64,000 nt of DNA from an uncultured Christensenella sp. GTDB taxonomy: Bacteria > Bacillota > Clostridia > Christensenellales > UBA3700. A program made the position numbers and the translations under genes. The stretch covers positions 264,454 to 328,453 of the forward strand of contig CAJUBA010000001.1 of assembly GCA_910584635.1 (NCBI GenBank). Reading direction: 5' to 3'. Below are positions 56,733 to 64,000 of this stretch, in pieces (position 1 is the stretch's first letter; each line of letters begins with the position of its first letter). Below the pieces are notes generated by a model, which worked only from the letters and a program-made list of their open reading frames with translations, was not told the DNA's origin and did no database searches.

Positions 56733-57698
56733 TCAATTTTCTTTTTTGTCGGATTCTTCCGCTTCTTTATTATTATCTGAAAAACTCTCGCCTTTTACTA
56801 TTGCAAGAGCCTGCGCTACCGCTTTTTCCTGCAATAAATCGCGTCTTTGCTCGCAGCGCTTTGCAAATCTAGCGCTTTCTAGTTTAATTTTGCCCGTCTG
56901 CAACAATATCTGCAAGACTATTGCCACAATGCACATTATATAGCATATCAACTGCACGGTTTTTACTCCCGAATTACCTATAGTCTGCGTATCCGAACCT
57001 TTGAGGAATTCCAACGTTCCTCTAACAAATCCGTACCACATAAGATAAAATAGCGAAAACGTGCCTGCTTTCAACTTCTTTTTCGGCAAGTAGAACAGTA
57101 GCAACGCTATTATCAAACCCATGGCATTCAGTACGCCTTCATAGAAAAACGACGCGTAATGCCACGTTTGACGGGCGTCGATAAAGACTGCAAACGGAAA
57201 ACGCTGCAACGCAGGATTGGTAACTTCTATACCGTACAATTCCTGATTGAAATAATTTCCCCATCTACCTATTATTTGACCTACGAAAAGCGCGATAACG
57301 ACACAGTCGGCAACGTACATCAACGAATATTTTTTATTTCTCAAAGCGCAAAAGAATATTCCCAACGCTCCGCCGAAAATACCGCCGATGATAGTCAATC
57401 CACCGCCGCGAATATCCAAACATTCCAAAAAGCCTTCCCACGTCTTTAACGTATAATCCTCGCCCAATCTAGGAACGACGTAGAATATACGGCAGAAAAT
57501 AACGGCAAGCGGAACTACCCATATAAACAGTTCCAATGAAAAATCTATATCGATTCCCCTGCTTTTGGAAAGTATAAGATATAGTACAAAACTCAACAAG
57601 ATACCGAACGTTATCATGAGCGCATACTTATAAATTTCAAATCCGCCGGGCAATACTATAGCGACGTTGTCTTTTGCCGTCAATAAATCCATCAACAT
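56733..57698 (-). CDS. lgt: Prolipoprotein diacylglyceryl transferase Lgt with a charged C-terminal extension
   Basis: GRWGNYFNQELYG signature, polytopic. I prefer ATG 57698 (9 nt after AAGGA) over TTG 57707. Confidence 0.85.
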   Translation of the reverse strand: MLMDLLTAKDNVAIVLPGGFEIYKYALMITFGILLSFVLYLILSKSRGIDIDFSLELFIWVVPLAVIFCRIFYVVPRLGEDYTLKTWEGFLECLDIRGGGLTIIGGIFGGALGIFFCALRNKKYSLMYVADCVVIALFVGQIIGRWGNYFNQELYGIEVTNPALQRFPFAVFIDARQTWHYASFFYEGVLNAMGLIIALLLFYLPKKKLKAGTFSLFYLMWYGFVRGTLEFLKGSDTQTIGNSGVKTVQLICYIMCIVAIVLQILLQTGKIKLESARFAKRCEQRRDLLQEKAVAQALAIVKGESFSDNNKEAEESDKKEN

Positions 57699-57710
57699 CT
57701 TATCCAATCC

Positions 57711-58973
57711 TTAATCGAACACCTTGCAAGTACCAACATTTCGCACGCCGATGACAAAAACGTTTTCTTTGCCAAATACTGCCTGCATCTTCTCCACGTA
57801 ATCGCTTGTTTTGTTTTTATCCACGTACGCTATTATCGTTCCCGCAAAGCCTCCGCCATGAACTCTTACAGCCTTAACTCCGTCTATTTTTTTGCTCAGA
57901 TTTATTCCGAGCGGAATTCTTTGAGCGGTATCTGACAACGGATAACAGTTTTGAAGCATCAAGTAAGAACTCATGCCCGATTCGTTGATAGCCGCGCAAA
58001 ACTTCTTTTCATTAGAATTTTTAACCGCTTTCGCGCAAAGGTCGACTCTTTTATTTTCATCAAAATAATGCATGGCGCGCATTATCGCTCTGCCCGACAC
58101 TTTTTCCTGTATTTCGGGTAGCCTTTGATAGAAATCGCTCTCTTTTACTTTTCTCAATTTTTTCGCGCCGAAAAGTTTTGCGACTTCTTCCATCTCCACT
58201 CTAATAGACGCGTATTGGTCGGTCAAATCGCTGTGATCTCCGCCTGTATTCGTCAAGACTATATTCATATCTTCAAAATTCCAATCGATCGACTGAATTT
58301 TAAGATTTGCAATTGACTTGAAATCTATGTAACTTACTCCGCCTAAAGAAATCGCGCTTTGATCTAGCAAACCGCAAGGTTTTCCAAAATATACGTTTTC
58401 GGCGTACTGCGACGCTTTTGCTTTGGTAACTTTATCGATTTTACCGTCGTTGTACATCAAATTAAGTATTTCGCAAATCAAAACCTCAAAACAAGCGGAT
58501 GACGAAACCCCGGCGCCTCTAAATACGTCGCTTGTCGTCGTAGCGCAAAAACCGCCGAGATTAAAGCCGTTGTTTTTATAATAAGCGCACACGCCTCTAA
58601 CCAACGCGACCGCGTTGCCGTACTCTTCCTCTCTCGCCTGCAAATCGTCCAAAGAAACTTCGACAGGAGAAAATCCTACCGATTCAACTATTATCTTACC
58701 TTCGCAAGGCGTTACGCACGCAATAGTATCTACGCTTATCGAAGCGCACAGCACTTTACCGTTGTTGTGATCGGTATGATTTCCGCAAACTTCGATTCTG
58801 CCCGGAGATGAATAGAAGGATCCGCCCTCGCCGTATTTCGCGCTATGCATATCGTATATCTTGCGATATCTGTCAACTTGATAATGCAATTTGCCTTCGC
58901 CGTAAAGTAATTTAACCTTGCTTGCAAATTCTGCATCGTTCGCAAGATTATTGATAAAATTTCTTTGTGCCAT
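57711..58973 (-). CDS. galK: Galactokinase (GHMP kinase family)
   Basis: GRIEVCGNHTDHNNG and GAGVSSSACFEV motifs. Divergent from galT. Confidence 0.8.
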   Translation of the reverse strand: MAQRNFINNLANDAEFASKVKLLYGEGKLHYQVDRYRKIYDMHSAKYGEGGSFYSSPGRIEVCGNHTDHNNGKVLCASISVDTIACVTPCEGKIIVESVGFSPVEVSLDDLQAREEEYGNAVALVRGVCAYYKNNGFNLGGFCATTTSDVFRGAGVSSSACFEVLICEILNLMYNDGKIDKVTKAKASQYAENVYFGKPCGLLDQSAISLGGVSYIDFKSIANLKIQSIDWNFEDMNIVLTNTGGDHSDLTDQYASIRVEMEEVAKLFGAKKLRKVKESDFYQRLPEIQEKVSGRAIMRAMHYFDENKRVDLCAKAVKNSNEKKFCAAINESGMSSYLMLQNCYPLSDTAQRIPLGINLSKKIDGVKAVRVHGGGFAGTIIAYVDKNKTSDYVEKMQAVFGKENVFVIGVRNVGTCKVFD

Positions 58974-59181
58974 AATAACTCCGTAAAAAATAACGTAATT
59001 GGATTTAACGTTAAATATTTTTCTGAATTATTATATCATATTATATAGCGCGTTGTAAATACTTTTTTTCTTTACACAAGGTAATCGAGTACTTACATAA
59101 TTGAAACAAAACTATTGCAAACGGCAAGAAAATGTTTTATAATAAATACGATTAAAACTTTGAATTTCAAACGACATTATT

Positions 59182-59198
59182 TTGAACCTTGTTCAAAA
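59182..59198 (+). promoter_or_regulatory. Candidate operator O1 in the galK/galT divergent region (TTGAACCTTGTTCAAAA)
   Basis: Palindromic core TGAAC-CTT-GTTCA. The identical 17-mer recurs inverted at 59218-59234. Confidence 0.45.
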
Positions 59199-59217
59199 TT
59201 TCGATAAAAAATTATGT

Positions 59218-59234
59218 TTTTGAACAAGGTTCAA
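59218..59234 (-). promoter_or_regulatory. Candidate operator O2 (exact inverted copy of the O1 17-mer)
   Basis: Plus strand reads TTTTGAACAAGGTTCAA. The centre-to-centre distance to O1 is about 38 bp. It lies 40 nt upstream of the galT ATG. Confidence 0.45.
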
Positions 59235-59273
59235 TCAATAATCAGTAAATATTGACCAAAATAGAGGTATTTT

Positions 59274-60806
59274 ATGACATCAGAACAACTGAAAATCAAA
59301 CTTGCTCAACTTGTAGACTATGCTAAAGATAATCTTTCGCTTAGATTTGAAGACGAATCTTTTGTAACGAATTCATTATTGGATTTGTTTTCTTTGACAG
59401 CGCCTGCTACCAACGTAGAAAAATACGGCGACTTCCAAAAAGATATCGTAGATCCTTTAGTAAATCACGCCATCGAAAGCGGAATTGCAAAAGAAGAAGA
59501 AAGGATTCTTTTCGAAACCAAATTGCTGGGAATCGTTACACCCTGCCCGTCTTCTGTAGTAGATAAATTCGATATTATAGCCGCAAACAGCGGAGTTAAA
59601 TCGGCGACAGACTGGCTTTTTAATCTCTCCATAGCAAACAATTATATTCGTATGGTCGATATTAACAAAAATATCAAATGGGAGCATATCGGAAAATTTG
59701 GTAAGATAGGAATTACCATAAATCTTTCAAAGCCTGAAAAAGATCCAAAGCAAATCGCTTTGGCAAAACTTCTTCCCAAAAGCGGATACCCATCCTGTTT
59801 GCTTTGCACAGAAAACGTAGGATTTGCGGGCAATCTCAATCACCCTGCCCGTCAAACGTTGAGAATGATACCCGTAAGACTGGGAGGAGAAAATTGGTCT
59901 ATTCAGTACTCTCCGTATCAATATTATAAGGAACATATTATCGCGCTTTCCAATGAGCATAGACCTATGCACGTCAACGGAGATACTCTGTTCAGACTTC
60001 TTGACTTCGTCGATCTATTCCCCCATTATTTTATCGGCTCAAATGCCGCTCTGCCCATTGTCGGAGGAAGTATACTAACTCACGACCATTATCAAGGCGG
60101 AAGCAAGGTTCTTCCTATGTTCGAAGCGGATATTCGAAAGAATTATACCGTAAGCAAATTCAAAAACGTTACTGTTTCTATAGTTAATTGGTACAACAGT
60201 GTAGTAAGAGTAAGCGGAAAAAGCAAATTTGAAGTTCATGAAACGGCTACAAATATTTTAGAAGCATGGTCGCAATGGAGCGACGAAAGCGTTAATATTA
60301 TATGCAAAACCGAGGATCAACACAATGCCGTAACTCCGATTGCAAGAAAAGAAGGCGACGTTTATATAATCGATATGATTCTAAGAAATAACCGTACCGA
60401 TAGCGAACATCCCTACGGAATATTCCACCCCGAAGAAAGTCTTCATAATATCAAAAAAGAAGGAATCGGCATAATCGAAGTAATGGGACTGTTTATTCTT
60501 CCTGGTAGATTGAAAACGGAACTTGAGGTAATAAAAGATTACATTAGCGGTATTAAAAATCTTGATTTGCAAGAACTGAACAATCCTGAAAATCCTATGT
60601 TCAAGCACGCGCAAACAATATTGCAACTTGTAAACGACCACGGAACTTCGAGGGATCGCGTATTTGCGGATAAAACGGTAACCGACTACGTAAACAACGC
60701 TTGCGAGCAGATATTGGAATGCACTGCTGTTTTCAAAAACAACGAACAAGGTCAACTTGCTTTTGAAAACTTTATGAGCAAAGGAATCGGAGCGCAAGAA
60801 ATCTAA
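59274..60806 (+). CDS. galT: Galactose-1-phosphate uridylyltransferase (type 2, Firmicute ~500-aa form)
   Basis: 510 aa. The motif THDHYQGG and the overall length are typical of the class II GalT of Gram-positives. Confidence 0.85.
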   Translation: MTSEQLKIKLAQLVDYAKDNLSLRFEDESFVTNSLLDLFSLTAPATNVEKYGDFQKDIVDPLVNHAIESGIAKEEERILFETKLLGIVTPCPSSVVDKFDIIAANSGVKSATDWLFNLSIANNYIRMVDINKNIKWEHIGKFGKIGITINLSKPEKDPKQIALAKLLPKSGYPSCLLCTENVGFAGNLNHPARQTLRMIPVRLGGENWSIQYSPYQYYKEHIIALSNEHRPMHVNGDTLFRLLDFVDLFPHYFIGSNAALPIVGGSILTHDHYQGGSKVLPMFEADIRKNYTVSKFKNVTVSIVNWYNSVVRVSGKSKFEVHETATNILEAWSQWSDESVNIICKTEDQHNAVTPIARKEGDVYIIDMILRNNRTDSEHPYGIFHPEESLHNIKKEGIGIIEVMGLFILPGRLKTELEVIKDYISGIKNLDLQELNNPENPMFKHAQTILQLVNDHGTSRDRVFADKTVTDYVNNACEQILECTAVFKNNEQGQLAFENFMSKGIGAQEI

Positions 60807-60831
60807 TTAAAAATCAATATTTTATAAAAAA

Positions 60832-60857
60832 ATCAGGCGTTAAGCCTGATTTTTTTA
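60832..60857. terminator. Bidirectional terminator between convergent galT and recR
   Basis: An A-run, then ATCAGGC-gttaa-GCCTGAT, then a T-run. Confidence 0.8.
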
Positions 60858-60873
60858 TTCAATTATTAACTTC

Positions 60874-61458
60874 TTAATATTCTTTTCTATCTGCCAATGC
60901 TCTTGAAAGCGTAACTTCATCCGCGTATTCAATATCGCTGCCCATTGAAATTCCGCTTGCAAGTCTTGTTACCTTAATTCCCATAGGCTTGATAAGTCTT
61001 GCTATATAAGTAGCGGTCGCTTCCCCGTCTATATCAGGATTCGTAGCCATGATAACTTCTTTGACTCCTACCAGCCTTGACATAAGTTCTTTAATTCTGA
61101 TATCGTCTACCCCGATTCCCTGCATTGGGTTTAGCGTACCTTGCAAAACGTGATATACTCCGTTATAATCTTTAATCTTCTCAAACGCCACAATATCTTT
61201 CGGTTCTTTTACTACGCATATAATAGATTTATCTCTTGTTTTGCATATATCGCAAGTGTCTTCTTCGGTATAATTACCGCAAATAGAACAATAATGAACG
61301 TTGCGTTTAGTTTCGATTATTGCTTTAGCAAATTCCTCAACTTCTTCTTCGTTCATATTTATCAATTTGTAAGCATAGCGCTGAGCAGTCTTCGCTCCCA
61401 CTCCGGGCAATTTGCTGAATTGCGCGACTAATCTTGCCAACGGTTGATAATATCCCAT
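60874..61458 (-). CDS. recR: Recombination protein RecR
   Basis: LPGVGAKTAQR (HhH), CSICGNYTEEDTCDIC Zn finger and a Toprim region. ATG 61458 follows the ybaB stop; the track start at 61545 overlaps ybaB. Confidence 0.9.
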   Translation of the reverse strand: MGYYQPLARLVAQFSKLPGVGAKTAQRYAYKLINMNEEEVEEFAKAIIETKRNVHYCSICGNYTEEDTCDICKTRDKSIICVVKEPKDIVAFEKIKDYNGVYHVLQGTLNPMQGIGVDDIRIKELMSRLVGVKEVIMATNPDIDGEATATYIARLIKPMGIKVTRLASGISMGSDIEYADEVTLSRALADRKEY

Positions 61459-61462
61459 AATA

Positions 61463-61789
61463 TTACAGACCCATACCCGCAAATTTTCCGAGTTTTTGCT
61501 CTCGGGTTTCGTCCGCTTTGCCAACAGCGTCGTTGAAAGCGGCAATAATCAAATCTTCAAGCATTTCAACGTCTTCCGGATCTACCGCTTCGGGTTTAAT
61601 ATTGAGAGAAACTACCTGCTTTTCACAAGTCATAGTAACTTCAACGAGTCCGCCGCCGCTCGAACCTGTAACTTCCATAGTTTTAAGTTCTTCCTGCGCT
61701 TCCATCATTTCCTGTTGCATTTTTTGCGCTTGGCGCATGAGTTGTTGCATATTTCCCATTCCGCCGCCGAATCCACCGAATTTAGCCAT
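61463..61789 (-). CDS. ybaB: Nucleoid-associated protein YbaB/EbfC
   Basis: 108 aa, MQQLMRQAQKMQ...GGGLV.V. pattern, and dnaX-ybaB-recR synteny. Confidence 0.9.
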   Translation of the reverse strand: MAKFGGFGGGMGNMQQLMRQAQKMQQEMMEAQEELKTMEVTGSSGGGLVEVTMTCEKQVVSLNIKPEAVDPEDVEMLEDLIIAAFNDAVGKADETREQKLGKFAGMGL

Positions 61790-61793
61790 AATA

Positions 61794-63350
61794 TCAATCT
61801 CCTTGTTGGTTGTTATTTTTAATATTTTTACCCGAAGAATCGGTTATGTTTACCATTTCTTCGTCAAACAAATTCTGTATTGTCTGAATATCTTTATTCA
61901 AAGCCTCTTCTTTGTTGAAATAATTGATTTTCATTGAAGTGATTTCAAAATATCTTTTCTTTATAGTATTCTCAAAAAGTTGCAAATACTGTCTAATTGC
62001 CGGCAAATTCTTTTCATTGTCAACATTGACAGTCAAAACGCCGTCTGCAAAAGTCAAGTCTTCCGAAGCAAACGTTGCGGCGCACGCGTACGCTTGTTGC
62101 GATTTCGCGCTTGCTCTTACCGTATTGAGCAAATATCCCCACACTTCTCCGAGATCGAGTTTAAGCGACTCGTCTATTTCCCCGTAATGTCTTGCGATAG
62201 TACGCACCTTCGCTTCAACGTCTTTAAGTCGTCTTAGCACAGCGTCCTGATCCAAATCAATCGTAGGATCGCAGGCTTTTACTACGCTCATTTCCAACAT
62301 TACCGTAGGAGATGAGGACGCTCTTAACAAGTTTTCTATCCCTACGAAAATTTCAATAATACGTACAAGCGAATCGTTGTCGGTTTTATCAGATAGTTCA
62401 TACAAACTATCGTATATATCTTTGGGCAAAGACAAAAATCTATTGGCGTTGCTACAATTTATAATATATAGCATATTGCGCATCATCTTTGCTACGTCTT
62501 TTGCAAGAAGACCTACGCTCTTACCCAGAGATAGTATCCTATCAGTTACTTCCAACGCTTTTTTAGCGTCGTGGTCGACGATAGCCGAGCAAAGTTCAAC
62601 TATCATTTTCGGAGAACTCGCGCCCAGTACTTCAAGTACGTCGTCATAAGTCAATTTTTCACTTGTATAGGAAAGACACATATCCGCCACAGAAAGCATA
62701 TCTCTTACGCTTCCGTCGCCCGCTTCCGCTATCGCTCTTACCGCTTCGCTTTGATATTCTCTGCCCTCTTTGTCCATTATATCGGATAAATATCCCGCCA
62801 ATTCCGCGGTAGAAAGCAGTCTGAAATCAAAACGCATACATCTTGACAATATCGTCTGAGGTAATTTATGAACTTCCGTAGTAGCAAGAATAAACACCGT
62901 ATACGCCGGAGGTTCTTCCAACGTTTTCAACAACGCGTTAAACGCTTGCATCGTCAACATGTGTACTTCGTCTATGATATATACTTTGTATTTGCAGGAA
63001 GCGGGAACGTATTTAACTTTTTCGATAAGATCTCTTATATCGTCTACGCTGTTGTTTGAAGCCGCGTCCATTTCAAGTATATCCATATTGTTGGCGCTTG
63101 CCAACGAACGGCATACCTCGCATTCTCCGCAAGGAGAACCGTCCGCAAGAGGTGATAGACAGTTTATCGCTCTGGCAAAAATCTTGGCGGTAGAGGTCTT
63201 GCCCGTACCTCTCGTACCCGTAAACAAATAAGCGTGAGAGATTTTCCCTCCCAAAACTGCGTTTGCCAAAATCTTTATTATGTGTTTTTGACCCAACATC
63301 TTATCAAAAGTGTCGGGTCTGTATTTTCTGTAAAGCGACGTATATGCCAT
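61794..63350 (-). CDS. dnaX: DNA polymerase III subunit gamma/tau
   Basis: GTRGTGKTS Walker A, a Zn module CGECEVC, and IIDEVHML. Confidence 0.9.
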   Translation of the reverse strand: MAYTSLYRKYRPDTFDKMLGQKHIIKILANAVLGGKISHAYLFTGTRGTGKTSTAKIFARAINCLSPLADGSPCGECEVCRSLASANNMDILEMDAASNNSVDDIRDLIEKVKYVPASCKYKVYIIDEVHMLTMQAFNALLKTLEEPPAYTVFILATTEVHKLPQTILSRCMRFDFRLLSTAELAGYLSDIMDKEGREYQSEAVRAIAEAGDGSVRDMLSVADMCLSYTSEKLTYDDVLEVLGASSPKMIVELCSAIVDHDAKKALEVTDRILSLGKSVGLLAKDVAKMMRNMLYIINCSNANRFLSLPKDIYDSLYELSDKTDNDSLVRIIEIFVGIENLLRASSSPTVMLEMSVVKACDPTIDLDQDAVLRRLKDVEAKVRTIARHYGEIDESLKLDLGEVWGYLLNTVRASAKSQQAYACAATFASEDLTFADGVLTVNVDNEKNLPAIRQYLQLFENTIKKRYFEITSMKINYFNKEEALNKDIQTIQNLFDEEMVNITDSSGKNIKNNNQQGD

Positions 63351-63366
63351 ATCTGTTTATACCTTC

Positions 63367-63391
63367 AAAGGCTATCGAAAAGATAGCCTTT
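63367..63391 (-). terminator. Stem-loop between the transporter gene and dnaX
   Basis: 10-bp stem AAAGGCTATC/GATAGCCTTT with a poor U tail on the minus strand. Confidence 0.35.
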
Positions 63392-63418
63392 ATAAATTTA
63401 ATACGATTTACTTAAATC

Positions 63419-64000
63419 TTATTCTTCGTTGTTTTCGGAGTTTTCGGTATTACCGTCAGCCTTTTCGGGGTCTTCTGCCGAGCCTACCCACATAGCCTCT
63501 TTCTCCTCGTTTTCTTTTGCGATAGCGTCTGCTTCGGCAATGAATTGTCTTACGCTATCCGCGCCTTCCCAACCGAGAATTTCCGCTATCTCTTTATAAG
63601 TTCTTTCTTGCGTTTTAGCGTCAACGAGTTTCAACTGCGAAACAAATTCGCCCGCTTCGGCTTCGTTCATAGTACCTGCCGCTTTCTTTCTTGCCATAAC
63701 TCTCGATACCGCTTCTACCTGTCTTTTTTCCGTAAAAGTATAGAAGAACAACGGAATCGCGCAAGCAGCCATAGAAAGTCCGCAAAGCAAAGTCGTAGCC
63801 ATCCAGTTTCCTTTGATTACCTGTTGGAAAACGTCGCTATTGATAATTTCGGGAGTCAAATCTTTGATTTCCATTTCGTCATATCCGTAACTTCCGAGTA
63901 CCATCAACGTAACAAACGCGGTAAGCGCCATACCTACTTTTGATATAAGCGTCTGCATCGAGAAACAAATACCTTCCGCTCTCTGCCCCGTCTTATCTTC
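63419..64000 (-). CDS. C-terminal part of a GPH/MFS-type (glycoside-pentoside-hexuronide:cation symporter-like) transporter with a hydrophilic acidic tail. The 5' end lies beyond the window end.
   Basis: The reading frame stays open upstream of the track's Met to nt 64000 (…EDKTGQRAEGICFSMQTLISKVGMALTAFV…), a pattern typical of the last TMs of GPH transporters. It is followed by a charged tail of about 90 aa. Confidence 0.5.
   Translation of the reverse strand, partial: EDKTGQRAEGICFSMQTLISKVGMALTAFVTLMVLGSYGYDEMEIKDLTPEIINSDVFQQVIKGNWMATTLLCGLSMAACAIPLFFYTFTEKRQVEAVSRVMARKKAAGTMNEAEAGEFVSQLKLVDAKTQERTYKEIAEILGWEGADSVRQFIAEADAIAKENEEKEAMWVGSAEDPEKADGNTENSENNEE

Noticed and set aside
1-64000. 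Defence islands, toxin-antitoxin pairs, retrons, DGRs, prophage or integrative elements
   Set aside because: I recognised no reverse transcriptase, integrase, transposase, nuclease-helicase pair, restriction-modification (R-M) gene or phage structural gene in any frame. Apart from the repeat-flanked loci, the window is conserved housekeeping and sporulation synteny.

Overview
The window is low-GC and almost entirely minus-strand coding. It looks like core chromosome of an endospore-forming Clostridia-type Firmicute. Three things point that way: a type-A RNase P RNA, a long Bacillus/Clostridium-type SRP RNA, and the genes spoIIGA-sigE-sigG, sigK, a spoVD-like PBP and pdaB.

Gene order, left to right:
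- A >2025-codon cyclic-beta-1,2-glucan-synthase-like gene runs off the left edge and is missing from the ORF track.
- rnpB, then a metallophosphoesterase/beta-propeller fusion, a GH36-like hydrolase and sigK.
- A lipoprotein gene, nrdR, ylmC, and sigG-sigE-spoIIGA.
- A dcw cell-division cluster: ftsZ, ftsA, divIB, murA, ftsW, murD, mraY, murE, a class B PBP, rsmH and mraZ.
- A Cys-rich orphan, then engB-lon-clpX-clpP-tig, rqcH, rluD-lspA and sepF-ylmE.
- A tandem OB-fold protein, pdaB, SRP RNA and a NYN-LOTUS protein.
- A 1665-aa surface protein, then a DivIVA-like protein, pncB, lgt, galK/galT and recR-ybaB-dnaX.
- A truncated transporter at the right edge.

I see no CRISPR array, prophage, transposase or recognisable defence system. 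Most of the window is ordinary housekeeping DNA.

Observations worth a second look:
- The giant surface-protein gene is bracketed by nested inverted and direct repeats.
- A second inverted-repeat pair encloses the lipoprotein gene next to sigK.
- Several SD-less genes, including ftsA and spoIIGA, have a TATAAT box 6-9 nt upstream of the start codon.
- A Q/Y-rich bitopic protein sits in the FtsL slot.
- A Cys-rich orphan protein looks richer in G+C than its neighbours.

All coordinates, alignments and motif calls were made by eye and need computational confirmation.
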